Notes: generated from the letters alone by a model not told the origin. Shown: positions 50,568 through 60,080, counted from the stretch's first letter. The stretch is 64,000 nucleotides of DNA from Candidatus Poribacteria bacterium (GCA_965222805.1 CBDCUX010000005.1:144020-208019); one strand, 5' to 3'. Made by a program: numbers and translations.

Positions 50568-51461
50568 TTACATATCGCCCCGGTACGGGGTTGGTCCTTC
50601 CGGTCGGTTCTTACGGGGCACTTTTGTTGGATACTTTTCGAGTGCCGTGATCCAAGCCTGCCGCCACTCCTCGTAATCGGTTTCGGAATCCGGAGATAGG
50701 TGACTCCGGGCATCAAAGCTGGGCCAAAAGGCGCGACCCGTCGGCGTTCCTCTTTTCTGGTAACGTATATCCATGCTCCAACGGATAGCATCTGTGCTGT
50801 TTGTACCCGACGAATGGGGGGTGAGCTTGTGAATAAAGATCACATCTCCCTTTTTCATCGGCACAGAAACCCAGTCCCCGTCTGGCAGACTGTCGCCCCA
50901 GTATACCGTGCGGTGCTTGTGTATCCGGGGCATCACCCGCAGACAACCGTTCTCCTCCGTGGTATCGCACAAAGGGATCCAGACCGTCAGGACGAAGGTT
51001 GTATCCGCTTCCTCATGGAAGAATATCGCATCTTGGTGCCAGAAGACCACGTTGGAGTTTCGCCCCTGCTCTAGGTCCGAAGGCAGCTTCGCGCGTATAT
51101 GCGTCATGGGACTACAGCAGATCTCTGGACCGATAAGTCCCTCTATCAGATCCAGCAACCGTTTGTTGCGCATAAAGTGAAAAGTCCCACTGCCCCGGAT
51201 ATGACCCACATCCAGAAATGTGTCCGACTCGAAATAGGTTGCCTCATCTTCGTCGCATATCCGAGCGAGACGCGTTTCAAACGGTTCGCCCGCGTACAGT
51301 TGACTGATTCGACCTTCAGCGTACAGATCTTTGGCGAGCCTGTCTATAACCTCCTCGTAGTCCTGAATCACCGGCTCGAAATCGACATCCTGTAATGCTG
51401 CCTCAAGCACTACGTACCCCTCCACTTTGAAATGTTCAAGTTGTTCCTTTGTAAGCGTCAT
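50568..51461 (-). CDS. Phytanoyl-CoA dioxygenase (PhyH) family Fe/2OG enzyme
   Basis: WHQD, WIPL, ENGCL, PHSS..N...IRWSMDIRY. Confidence 0.92.
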   Translation of the reverse strand: MTLTKEQLEHFKVEGYVVLEAALQDVDFEPVIQDYEEVIDRLAKDLYAEGRISQLYAGEPFETRLARICDEDEATYFESDTFLDVGHIRGSGTFHFMRNKRLLDLIEGLIGPEICCSPMTHIRAKLPSDLEQGRNSNVVFWHQDAIFFHEEADTTFVLTVWIPLCDTTEENGCLRVMPRIHKHRTVYWGDSLPDGDWVSVPMKKGDVIFIHKLTPHSSGTNSTDAIRWSMDIRYQKRGTPTGRAFWPSFDARSHLSPDSETDYEEWRQAWITALEKYPTKVPRKNRPEGPTPYRGDM

Positions 51462-51630
51462 TCGTCAGTCCTCTGACTGCTCCCAAAGATAAATCTTTGG
51501 GGTTCTTAATAGACTTATTGGCAGACATTAGAATCTCCATGCTATTTTCTTGCTTCGACGGGACGTGCCCCGACAACCGAGGTCTTACCATCTCTCCACA
51601 AGCGTTTTACGTCTCCGTGTGTCCCATGGC
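51453..51630 (-). ncRNA. Predicted omega-RNA of element 2, guide = flank 51472-51453 (AGGACUGACGAAUGACGCUU)
   Basis: TAAAACGCTTGTGGAGAGATGGTAAGACC...GAAGCAAGAA after the tnpB stop, then right-end hairpin; 5' boundary approximate. Confidence 0.6.
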
Positions 51631-52707
51631 GACGTTTCTCAGGTTTATCGCAGCGTTGAGATCTCTGTCTTGCGTATGACCACACACACTGCAATGGTAG
51701 GTTCTATCTGATAAGGATAGGTTACTATCCATCACATTACAAGCCGAGCAAGTCTTACTAGACGGGTAGAAGGTATCTGCTTCTACAATCTTTACACCTA
51801 TCCGTTCTGCCTTGTATTTTAGCATAGACAGGAAACTCGACAACGAAGCGTCCGATAACGCCTTTGCAAGCCTATGATTCTTAAGCATACCTACAACATT
51901 TAGCGACTCAATCCCGATACGGCTTGCACTATTGATAATTACTGTGGACGCTTTGTGTTGTGCGTCCTGTCGAATACAGGTGATACGGTAATGTAGCTTG
52001 ACAAGCTTCGCTTGGGTCTTATGCCAATTACGACTGCCTGTTTCCCTTCGACTCAACTGACGTTGCAACCGCTTTAGCTTGCGCTCGTAACCCTTTAAGG
52101 CTTTCGGATTCTCGTAGTACACGCCTTCGGACGTGACCGCCAAGTGCTTGATACCTACGTCCACACCAACGACGGGGTGTTGTCGAATATCAGGTATTGG
52201 ATCGTCTTTGAATGTATCCACAAGAATAGCAGCGAACCAACGATGTCCATGCTTAGAGATAATGACCTTACAGATACTACCAAGGAAGCGAAGGGGTTCA
52301 CATAAGCGGACCCAACCAATTTTGGGAAGTTTTATACGCTGTCCTTCGACTTGGGTTTCTCCTTTGCCTGCAATCGCTTGGTAACTCTGACCATGGAACC
52401 GATTCTTGAACTTGGGAAAACGATTCTGACCTAACTGCCAACGACCTATAGCGTCCTTGAGGTTATTGTAGATAGCACATTTCGACACGGTTTGCGACAT
52501 ATCCTTAGCCCATGGGTACTTATCATATTTAACAGCGTTAAAGCGGTGTTGAAGGTCTATATGACTGTGCCAATCCCCTTTGGCTAAACCTGCTTTGAAA
52601 TCGGCTAAGGCATGATTGTAGGCAACACGGGTGTAACCACAATGTTGAGCAAATTGGGTTGCCTGAACGTTGTTCGGATCTAACGCTATCTTATGAGTTT
52701 TTAACAT
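51607..52707 (-). CDS. tnpB: RNA-guided endonuclease TnpB
   Basis: N-terminal HTH (HKIALDPN...YNHAL), LPKIG, GVDVGI / GIESLN / DRDLNAA, CSAC...CSVC. Confidence 0.95.
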   Translation of the reverse strand: MLKTHKIALDPNNVQATQFAQHCGYTRVAYNHALADFKAGLAKGDWHSHIDLQHRFNAVKYDKYPWAKDMSQTVSKCAIYNNLKDAIGRWQLGQNRFPKFKNRFHGQSYQAIAGKGETQVEGQRIKLPKIGWVRLCEPLRFLGSICKVIISKHGHRWFAAILVDTFKDDPIPDIRQHPVVGVDVGIKHLAVTSEGVYYENPKALKGYERKLKRLQRQLSRRETGSRNWHKTQAKLVKLHYRITCIRQDAQHKASTVIINSASRIGIESLNVVGMLKNHRLAKALSDASLSSFLSMLKYKAERIGVKIVEADTFYPSSKTCSACNVMDSNLSLSDRTYHCSVCGHTQDRDLNAAINLRNVAMGHTET

Positions 52708-52802
52708 TGGGGTTGTCTTTCCGTTTATCGTTTCCTATGTCGTAGGGTGTAGGGGACTCTACCAAGCGGTAGAGCGACATTCCCCTACTGAAAGACAAGA
52801 CG
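52708..52802 (-). ncRNA. Conserved structured 5' leader RNA upstream of tnpB (copy 2)
   Basis: Homolog of 6096-6188; CTCTACC-GCTT-GGTAGAG, CCTA-CGACA-TAGG, same outer stems. Confidence 0.75.
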
Positions 52803-52831
52803 ATTATACCATACTTTGCCAAGAAAATCAG
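52803..52831 (-). promoter_or_regulatory. Sigma70-type promoter of tnpB leader
   Basis: CTGATT-17 nt-TATAAT with extended -10 TG. Confidence 0.75.
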
Positions 52832-53023
52832 ACAAAATTACCGTGTTGGACCCAAAGCTAAAGCATTGGGATTGTTGCTAGTTAGCCTTCAGTCAGCAAA
52901 AACATACCCCATATCTGATTTTAACGGGGACAAATCCTGAAACTTTAGGGCAACATTATACGCCGAAGCAGAAAGGGTGTAAAGGGGAAATTAGACGCAG
53001 CTTTCTACCCCCCCTAGATCCAC

Positions 53024-53052
53024 TTGCATTTCAAATAAGGAGGTGATATAAT
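53024..53052 (+). promoter_or_regulatory. Sigma70-type promoter
   Basis: TTGCAT-17 nt-TATAAT with TG extension. Confidence 0.65.
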
Positions 53053-53259
53053 GCCGCGCATAGCGGTTAAACTTGCTTTGACAGCAAACGATAATCCGCT
53101 CCCAGATTTTTGGGTTTTTTTTGTGTGCCTAAAATAGGATGGATTGACGAAATCGGTTCTACCAATAATCCTTTTGCAGTATGAATTCAATTTAATAACA
53201 GCGTGACATAAAATTCTCTTTGCTAGGTTTCCAATCTGGATCGAATCAGGGGAGACGAA

Positions 53260-54237
53260 ATGTATAACAAATTTGCAGATCTTAAACTCAAAACTGGTGA
53301 GACAATGGAGGTTGGTGTTATCATTGCCCCAGACGAAGCGCATGCGGAACAGATTAAGCCGTTCTTAGCACACAAGGGCGGGGGCTTCAAGTGGCATCTG
53401 GAACGCTCCGTTATTGAACCGCTCGATGATTTGGAGACACGCTTCTATGTCGGCAAAGTGGAGGGGGAAATCATCGCAAATATTATGATAGTTGAATACC
53501 AACACGTTGGTATCCTTGGGCATGTCTTTACCACACCGACGCAACGGCGCAAAGGTGCTTGTAAAGCGGTGATGCAGTTTCAAATGGAGGACTTCCGTCA
53601 GCGGGACGGTGAAGCACTCTACCTCGGAACCGGATACAACAGCCACCCTTACTATATCTACAACAGTTTCGGCTTTGAGAGTGTTTTCCCCGGTTCAGGC
53701 TTCATGAAATACCATGCGGTTGAGGACTTCGATGACCGCTACTTTGCTGAGAGCCCCGTTCACGCAAAGGATGTGGTATGGCACGACTGGGCAAAGATGA
53801 CCGCACTAACCGGGATCGTTGAGGGCGACTACCTCCGCAGCATCGCATTCGGCATCTATGGACCTGCGAATTTCGAGGGCGGTTTTCTTGGGTTCAAACA
53901 AGCGCTAGAAGATGGGGATACCTACCACGACGCAAAGCTGCTGAAATCGGACGCCGGGGCAATTGTTGGCGTGGCAACAGTCTTTTGGGATACACGCTGG
54001 CAGCCCGACACAGCGGTGTTAGACGTTTTCGTTCATCCGAACCTCTATGAATCAGCATCGGTGCTGCTCGAAGCAATTGATTTCCCAGATGCCAAAACCC
54101 AGTGTTACGTTGAATCCGCCTCAACTAACAAAGCCGAAGCGGTCCAAAATGCGGGATTCCGCCACGAAGCGACATTGAAAAACCAAATTCAACACCAGGA
54201 TAGAGGCGTTGATGTGTTGGTCTTTGCACGTAACTAA
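53260..54237 (+). CDS. GNAT family N-acetyltransferase (tandem GNAT fold)
   Basis: HVFTTPTQRRKGAC, IYNSFGF; degenerate second GNAT domain. Confidence 0.82.
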   Translation: MYNKFADLKLKTGETMEVGVIIAPDEAHAEQIKPFLAHKGGGFKWHLERSVIEPLDDLETRFYVGKVEGEIIANIMIVEYQHVGILGHVFTTPTQRRKGACKAVMQFQMEDFRQRDGEALYLGTGYNSHPYYIYNSFGFESVFPGSGFMKYHAVEDFDDRYFAESPVHAKDVVWHDWAKMTALTGIVEGDYLRSIAFGIYGPANFEGGFLGFKQALEDGDTYHDAKLLKSDAGAIVGVATVFWDTRWQPDTAVLDVFVHPNLYESASVLLEAIDFPDAKTQCYVESASTNKAEAVQNAGFRHEATLKNQIQHQDRGVDVLVFARN

Positions 54238-54288
54238 ACAACCCCGGCACCCAATACCGTGCCATCAGCCATTATCAGGAGAAATCAG

Positions 54289-55281
54289 ATGCTTGGTGTC
54301 CAACTTTTGGGAAATGAGACAGTTACCGTTAAAGAATATCCTGAACCAACGCCCAATGAGAACGACCTACTGATTCAGGTTAAGGCGTCAGGAATCTGTG
54401 GCAGTGAAATGCACGGCTACCGCAGCCCAACCCCTCACGCGTCCAATGGCGGACATGAAGTTGCAGGAGAGGTCATCGACTCGGGGCAGTCAACAAAATT
54501 CAAGGTGGGGGACCACGTTGGCGTCCACGCCGTTTGGGGGTGCGGGGATTGTCGGTGGTGTGCGGTTGGAAAATATACCTTCTGCGGTAACCGCATAGGC
54601 GGCGGTTCGGGAACACATGTGGAACGACTCGCTGCCCCAGACCATGTTTGTCTCAAGCTGCCTGAAGACATCCCGTTTGACGTAGGGGTGCTTCTGACCG
54701 GCGACGGCTTTGGTGTCCCTTATCATGTGAGTCAACGGCTTAACACCAAAGGTGGCGATTTTGTGTGCGTCTTGGGAGCAGGTCCCGTCGGGCTTGGAAA
54801 CACCATCGTGCAATCCTTCCTAGGGGCGGAAGTGATAGCTATTGACATCAACGACTATCGACTCTCCCTTGCAAAGGCAGCCGGCGCCGCGCACACCATC
54901 AACTCGCAGCATACCGACCCCCTTGAAGTAATCACAGAAATCACCCACGGTATGCTTATGGACAAGTGCATCGAGGCGGCTGGACGCCCGGAGACGCTTA
55001 GACTTGCCTTCACTTTGGTTGCGGTGGCAGGGACAATCATGTGCGTTGGTGAGCAGGGCGACCTACCGATCAGTCCAAGCCGCGATCTAATACGGAAGGA
55101 CATCACGTTGATGGGAAGTTGGTTCTATCACTACTCGGAATATCCCGCCATGCTCGATCTGTATCGGCGTGGCTTACCCATCGGACGGATGATTACCGAC
55201 CACTTCCCGCTTGTCGAAGCACAGACGGCATTCACTAAATTTGCCAACGGTCAGGCGGGCAAAGTAATGCTTGAACCCTAA
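54289..55281 (+). CDS. Zinc-binding alcohol dehydrogenase (MDR)
   Basis: GICGSE, GHE, CGDCRWC...C, GAGPVG. Confidence 0.93.
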   Translation: MLGVQLLGNETVTVKEYPEPTPNENDLLIQVKASGICGSEMHGYRSPTPHASNGGHEVAGEVIDSGQSTKFKVGDHVGVHAVWGCGDCRWCAVGKYTFCGNRIGGGSGTHVERLAAPDHVCLKLPEDIPFDVGVLLTGDGFGVPYHVSQRLNTKGGDFVCVLGAGPVGLGNTIVQSFLGAEVIAIDINDYRLSLAKAAGAAHTINSQHTDPLEVITEITHGMLMDKCIEAAGRPETLRLAFTLVAVAGTIMCVGEQGDLPISPSRDLIRKDITLMGSWFYHYSEYPAMLDLYRRGLPIGRMITDHFPLVEAQTAFTKFANGQAGKVMLEP

Positions 55282-55296
55282 CCGGCGAATTTGGTG

Positions 55297-55325
55297 TTGA
55301 CATGATGAAAACGCAGTGATATATT
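55297..55325 (+). promoter_or_regulatory. Strong sigma70-type promoter
   Basis: TTGACA-17 nt-TATATT with TG extension. Confidence 0.7.
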
Positions 55326-55385
55326 TATCTCAAGTTGCCACTTAGGTGAACAGCCCAACTTGGGTGAATGGACCTAAAGCGAGTA

Positions 55386-55422
55386 AATCACCGCTCGCAG
55401 TGGATTGACAAATCCACTGCAC
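55386..55422 (+). repeat. Palindromic intergenic repeat, copy 3
   Basis: AATCACCGCTCGCAGTGGATTGACAAATCCACTGCAC. Confidence 0.8.
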
Positions 55423-55601
55423 ACGCGCACGGATGGCTTGGATATGTCTATCCAAGCCGAGCAGGACTGATAAATAGAACGCAACGTAGCATGCTAAGAA
55501 ATATACAAAATTCCCTAATTTCCAATAAGTAGTAACTCAGGTTATATTTATTTTTAGCTTCGGATATAGCGTCGCATAAAACGTATTCATAAGGAGAAAT
55601 A

Positions 55602-56393
55602 ATGGATCTCGGACTCAAGGATAAAGTTGCAGTCGTTGGGGCATCAAGTAAAGGGCTCGGCAAAGCCATCGCGCTCGGATTGGCTGAAGAAGGGGCAAAG
55701 GTGACAATCTGTGCACGGGATCCGGCGACACTGGAAGAGACAGCCGCCGAAATGCGTGAAAAAACGGGGGCGGAAGTCTTGGCAGTCCCAACGGATGTCA
55801 GCCAACCGGAACAGGTTAGCGGGTTGATTGCCAAAGCCATCGACCGATTCGGCGGAATTGATATTCTTGTCAGTAACGCCGGTGGGCCCAGAGCGGGTCG
55901 GTTCGCAGATCTATCTCCCGAAGATTACCAAACAGCACTGCACCTCAACCTACTCAGCACGATTAACCTCTGCCGTGGTGTTGTGCCGAGCATGAAGGCG
56001 CGAGGCGGAGGCCGCATAATCAATCTCACCTCCATTTCCGTGAAACAGCCGGTAGATGGATTGATGCTATCTAACATGGCGCGGACCGGCGTTATCGGGT
56101 TCGCTAAAACACTTGCGTCCGAGCTTGCACCCAACAATATTCTCATAAACAATGTCTGTCCGGGGATTATCTTCACCGACCGGATTAAACAGTTAGCCAC
56201 TGTGAGGGCAGAGGAGGCGGGGATTACGTATGAGGAAGCCCTTGCAAATATGACCCAAGATATACCACTCGGTCGAATCGGAGACCCCAAGGAATTCGCC
56301 AGTCTCGTTGTGTTCCTTGCCTCCGGACGCGCAAGCTACATCACCGGCACCACAATCCAAGTGGATGGCGGTATGTCAAAGGGGCTGTTATAA
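55602..56393 (+). CDS. SDR family oxidoreductase
   Basis: GASSKGLG, NAGGP, SNMAR in place of YxxxK, ITGTTIQVDGG. Confidence 0.93.
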   Translation: MDLGLKDKVAVVGASSKGLGKAIALGLAEEGAKVTICARDPATLEETAAEMREKTGAEVLAVPTDVSQPEQVSGLIAKAIDRFGGIDILVSNAGGPRAGRFADLSPEDYQTALHLNLLSTINLCRGVVPSMKARGGGRIINLTSISVKQPVDGLMLSNMARTGVIGFAKTLASELAPNNILINNVCPGIIFTDRIKQLATVRAEEAGITYEEALANMTQDIPLGRIGDPKEFASLVVFLASGRASYITGTTIQVDGGMSKGLL

Positions 56394-57167
56394 TTGAAAA
56401 AACCGGGACAGCCGGTGAGTGGAAATCCTACACATCGCTTCCCAACCCTGTCAGTCATTATCCCAGCTTTTAATGAGGCTCGAACGATTCGGCAGGTCGT
56501 TGAAGCGGTTAAGGAAATACCGATTGACACGGAAATCATCGCCGTCAACGACGGCTCAACCGACGAAACCTTTGAAATTTTGGAACAGATGCGCGATGAG
56601 CCGAAATTAAAAATCCTTCAGTGCAAAGACAATCGGGGCAAAGGAACCGCGATTCGGCTTGGACTGGAACAGGTCACCGGTGAGTTTGTCGTCATTCAAG
56701 ACGCCGATCTTGAACTCTGTCCCAGAGATCTGATACCAATTCTGGAAGTCTTACAAAAAGGTATTGCCAAAGTAGTCTACGGCTCAAGATTCCTGAACGG
56801 TAAAAAACAGGCTAGTTTGAAAACCTACATAGCGAATCGTATGCTTACCAGTTTCACAAATCTGCTATATCATGTACGCATCACCGATGAGGCAACATGT
56901 TACAAGGCATTTAATGCCAAGTTGGTCGCCAGCCTCAATCTGACGGCTCAAGGCTTTGAGTTCTGCCCAGAAGTGACAGCGAAGGTGCTACGCGCAGGCT
57001 ATCATATCCATGAAGTGCCTATCTCCTACTTCCCGCGCACAAAGGGTGGTGGGAAAAAACTCCGATTCTGGAGGGAGGGCATCCGTGCAGGGTGGACCTT
57101 GCTCAAATATCGCTTTGCCCCCACGTCAAAAATCCTTAAAAATAAGTCGTATTCCCTAAAAAAATAA
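56394..57167 (+). CDS. Glycosyltransferase family 2 (DPM1-like)
   Basis: SVIIPAFNE, NDGSTD, GKG, QDAD, YGSRF; true start may be GTG 56415. Confidence 0.92.
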   Translation: MKKPGQPVSGNPTHRFPTLSVIIPAFNEARTIRQVVEAVKEIPIDTEIIAVNDGSTDETFEILEQMRDEPKLKILQCKDNRGKGTAIRLGLEQVTGEFVVIQDADLELCPRDLIPILEVLQKGIAKVVYGSRFLNGKKQASLKTYIANRMLTSFTNLLYHVRITDEATCYKAFNAKLVASLNLTAQGFEFCPEVTAKVLRAGYHIHEVPISYFPRTKGGGKKLRFWREGIRAGWTLLKYRFAPTSKILKNKSYSLKK

Positions 57168-57240
57168 CCCAGTTTTTATCAATTTTCATGTGAAACGCAA
57201 CAAACGGAACATTCCTAACTCCAAAAGGAAGGAGTCCCAA

Positions 57241-57663
57241 ATGGCAGATCAAGTGAAACACGAAGTGACTTTGAACATTCCGATACACCCTAATATGGAA
57301 TTAGTCGCTGCGCACACCGCTTCTATCATCGCCGAAATTATGGAGTTTGACGAAACCCACATTGATGAGATTCAATTGGCTATCATCGAAACCTGCATCA
57401 ACGCTTTTGAACATAGCAATAGCAAAGATCGCAAGGTGACAGTCACCTACGTTCTCACAGATAATGAACTGGAGCTAAAAATTACGGATCACGGCACCGG
57501 ATTTGGTATGGACAAAACCAAGCTTTTAACCGGAGAAGCTCGGGCCCGAGCCATGCAAAAGCGCGGGTGGGGGTTGGAGATTATTCGCGAGATGATGGAT
57601 GAAGTGGATATCGACAGCGGTGATGAAGGAACAACCATCACGATGCTGAAGAAAAGAGCGTAA
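57241..57663 (+). CDS. RsbW-like anti-sigma factor / serine kinase
   Basis: ETCINAFEHS, DHGTGF, RGWGL, MDEV, GTTITM. Confidence 0.9.
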   Translation: MADQVKHEVTLNIPIHPNMELVAAHTASIIAEIMEFDETHIDEIQLAIIETCINAFEHSNSKDRKVTVTYVLTDNELELKITDHGTGFGMDKTKLLTGEARARAMQKRGWGLEIIREMMDEVDIDSGDEGTTITMLKKRA

Positions 57664-57717
57664 TCAAAAATAGGAAACACAACCACCACCTAAAAATTTT
57701 GATGAAGGAGGAAACAA

Positions 57718-58062
57718 ATGGCGTCATCTTTTAATGTCAACACGCGTACCGAAGACGGTTACGCTGTTATTCAAACGGATGGATATCTAAACGGACCGAC
57801 GGCGGAAAAACTCGCCGAAACTGCCAAAGACCTTATGAATCAAGGATACAGTACGCTTGTGATTAATCTTGAGAGAACCCGACTCGTTAACAGTATTGGC
57901 ATTTCCATCTTAATTGAGATTATTGAATTGCTTCAAGAGCAGGGGGGAATAGTGCATTTCTGCCACTTAACACCCGTAATTGAGCGGACTTTCAAAATGA
58001 TGGGACTCGCTCAATATGCCGAGATTTACCCCGATGAGACGTCCGCAACGACCGACCTATAA
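57718..58062 (+). CDS. RsbV-like STAS anti-anti-sigma factor
   Basis: 114 aa STAS, VNSIGI phosphoacceptor motif, FKMMGL. Confidence 0.9.
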   Translation: MASSFNVNTRTEDGYAVIQTDGYLNGPTAEKLAETAKDLMNQGYSTLVINLERTRLVNSIGISILIEIIELLQEQGGIVHFCHLTPVIERTFKMMGLAQYAEIYPDETSATTDL

Positions 58063-58171
58063 CTGGATTGGCTGGGCGCGACTGAGCCGGATCAACCGAT
58101 AGCACCACTAGCACCCGCGCAATCTGCGATAGATAATCAATCCCAACCAACCGATCAGAGGTGATGAAGAG

Positions 58172-59986
58172 ATGCAATCCGTTTCTGCTGAAGAGACAAT
58201 ACAACGGCTGATTTTTAGCCTGTCTGAGCTTGAACAACTGGGTGAGACAATCATCTCCGGGCGCGGTAACTTTAACGTATCAAGTCGGACCTATCTGCGC
58301 ATCATCCACGGCACCTTGCAAGTCACCCGTTGCGCAATTTTGCTCTTTCAACCCACTGAGAATTGTCTCGCTGTTGAAGCGGCGATTAATATCAAGGATG
58401 AATCGTTGAGCATTTCGGTAACTGACGACGACATCGCGGCGATACTTGAATCTTCAACCGTCGATCCCTCTAACCCACCGCCTACCTTGGATACCTTTTT
58501 CAATCAAATCCAACCCCAATTAGAACTCCTTGATGCCAATTTATGGGCACCCCTAAAGATACGCGATGAATTTCTGGGGGTTATCAGCCTAGGAAGTTTC
58601 AGAACACAGGATGATTTGGAGGACTGGAATCGGGAGCTCCTGCCTGTGCTGGCAAACCAAATCTCCGTCGCAATCGCTTACTCTCGCCTAGTCGACAAAA
58701 CCCGCGCAGAACAGTTCCGCCTTTTTATGCTCTCTGATACCGCTACCCAGATCTGCAAATCGCTCGACACGGAGGCTGTGCAGGAAGAGGTGGTGACACA
58801 TGCGATCACGCTGTTGGACGCCAGCGCAGGTGTGTTATTACTCATTGACCCAGTCGCACAGCGGCTTGAAACGAAATCCATTTTCGTCCTTGACCCTCAA
58901 GCGAATGCCGACCTAGAAAATCTATCGATCCCCCTACAAGCAGATCAAGACGCTCCGTCCGTGCTATCCCCCCTCGCCGAAATCGCAACGCAAGGGGGTG
59001 AAACACTGATTTGCAATGATGAAGGGGAAGGTGCGTTGCTCGGTCGCAGGAACCTAATGGCCGTCCCCATGCTTGGACGTGAAGAGACTCTGGGAGTGTT
59101 GATTGTCGCTGATAAGGAGGGAAGAGGGGGAGCTACCCTGGATTTTACCAACGAAGATAGAGTCCTGCTCGAAGCCTTCGCCAATCAGGCAGGAGTTGCA
59201 ATCGAAAATGCGCAACTCTACCAAGAGGCACTGGAGGGACGTCAACTACAGGCGGAAATGGACGAAGCGGCAAAGATTCAGCAGAATCTGATTCCCGATA
59301 CATTACCGGAAATCTCCGGCTATGAGGCGACCGGGCTTTACTTCCCCCGTGGCGGGGTCGGCGGAGACTACTACGATTGCCTCCCAGATTTAAACGGCAC
59401 CTGGGGTCTCGCCATCGCCGATGTCTCTGGCAAAGGGATGCAAGCCGCGCTACTAATGGCGACGTTGCGGGCGGGGTTACACTCAGAGGTAACGCGAAAG
59501 AAAGATCTGCCGAGCATGGCAGAGGCACTCAATTCACTGCTCTATGCAAGCAGCACCTCCGGCAAATTTGCAACCTTCTTCTACGCTCAATTACATCCGG
59601 AAACAGATCAGATGACCTCCATCAACGCCGGACACAACTACCCGCTCGTCATCCGGTGCGCTGGCGGTTGTGATGAGCTGGAAAAAGGCGGCGTGATGTT
59701 GGGTATGTTCCCTAACGATGTGCTGTCGGAAATCGTAGAATATGAGCAGGAGACCACCCAACTCCACAGCGGGGATGTCGTGCTTTTCTACACCGATGGA
59801 GTAACGGAAACCGTAAACCCGGACGGCGAACTGTACGGAGAAGAGCGTTTGGAAGCGGTCGCAACACGCGTGAAAGGCGAAAACGTCGATCAGATATGCC
59901 AAGCCATTTATGACGATGTTATCGAATTTCAGGGGGAAGCCCAGCAGTTTGATGACCTAACATTAATGGTGCTTAAAAAGATATAG
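58172..59986 (+). CDS. RsbU-like PP2C phosphatase with two GAF domains
   Basis: Two GAF domains; VGGDYYD, ADVSGKG, NAGH, YTDGVTE, DDLT. Confidence 0.93.
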   Translation: MQSVSAEETIQRLIFSLSELEQLGETIISGRGNFNVSSRTYLRIIHGTLQVTRCAILLFQPTENCLAVEAAINIKDESLSISVTDDDIAAILESSTVDPSNPPPTLDTFFNQIQPQLELLDANLWAPLKIRDEFLGVISLGSFRTQDDLEDWNRELLPVLANQISVAIAYSRLVDKTRAEQFRLFMLSDTATQICKSLDTEAVQEEVVTHAITLLDASAGVLLLIDPVAQRLETKSIFVLDPQANADLENLSIPLQADQDAPSVLSPLAEIATQGGETLICNDEGEGALLGRRNLMAVPMLGREETLGVLIVADKEGRGGATLDFTNEDRVLLEAFANQAGVAIENAQLYQEALEGRQLQAEMDEAAKIQQNLIPDTLPEISGYEATGLYFPRGGVGGDYYDCLPDLNGTWGLAIADVSGKGMQAALLMATLRAGLHSEVTRKKDLPSMAEALNSLLYASSTSGKFATFFYAQLHPETDQMTSINAGHNYPLVIRCAGGCDELEKGGVMLGMFPNDVLSEIVEYEQETTQLHSGDVVLFYTDGVTETVNPDGELYGEERLEAVATRVKGENVDQICQAIYDDVIEFQGEAQQFDDLTLMVLKKI

Positions 59987-60054
59987 GCACCCAAGTTGCT
60001 AGCGTGTGATAGATTGAACCAATCTCCATTCCAAGAGGATCTGAGTTAATTCCT

Positions 60055-60080
60055 GTAGGGGCAACCCTTGTGGTTGCCCT
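60055..60080 (+). repeat. GTAG-type REP palindrome
   Basis: GTAGGGGCAACC-CTTGT-GGTTGCCCT. Confidence 0.7.

Larger units (their letters stand above)
51473..52887 (-). mobile_element. Non-autonomous IS200/IS605-family (tnpB-only) element 2
   Basis: Minus strand: left end TGAA|...CAAT-CCCAATGCTTTAGCTTTGGG; right end GAAC-CCCAAAGATTTATCTTTGGG-AGCAG-TCAG|; tetranucleotide pairs obey the IS608/ISDra2 pairing scheme. Confidence 0.85.

Noticed and set aside
53036-53137. Perfect SD plus 28-aa ORF containing a tmRNA-tag-like ANDN
   Set aside because: The SD lies inside the promoter spacer so is probably not transcribed; no tRNA-like tmRNA ends and no terminal AA-stop.
55326-55400. Pistol or HDV-like ribozyme, or tRNA
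   Set aside because: Only the pseudoknot and an AGCG resemble pistol; required stems and catalytic core not found, and no cloverleaf or T-loop.
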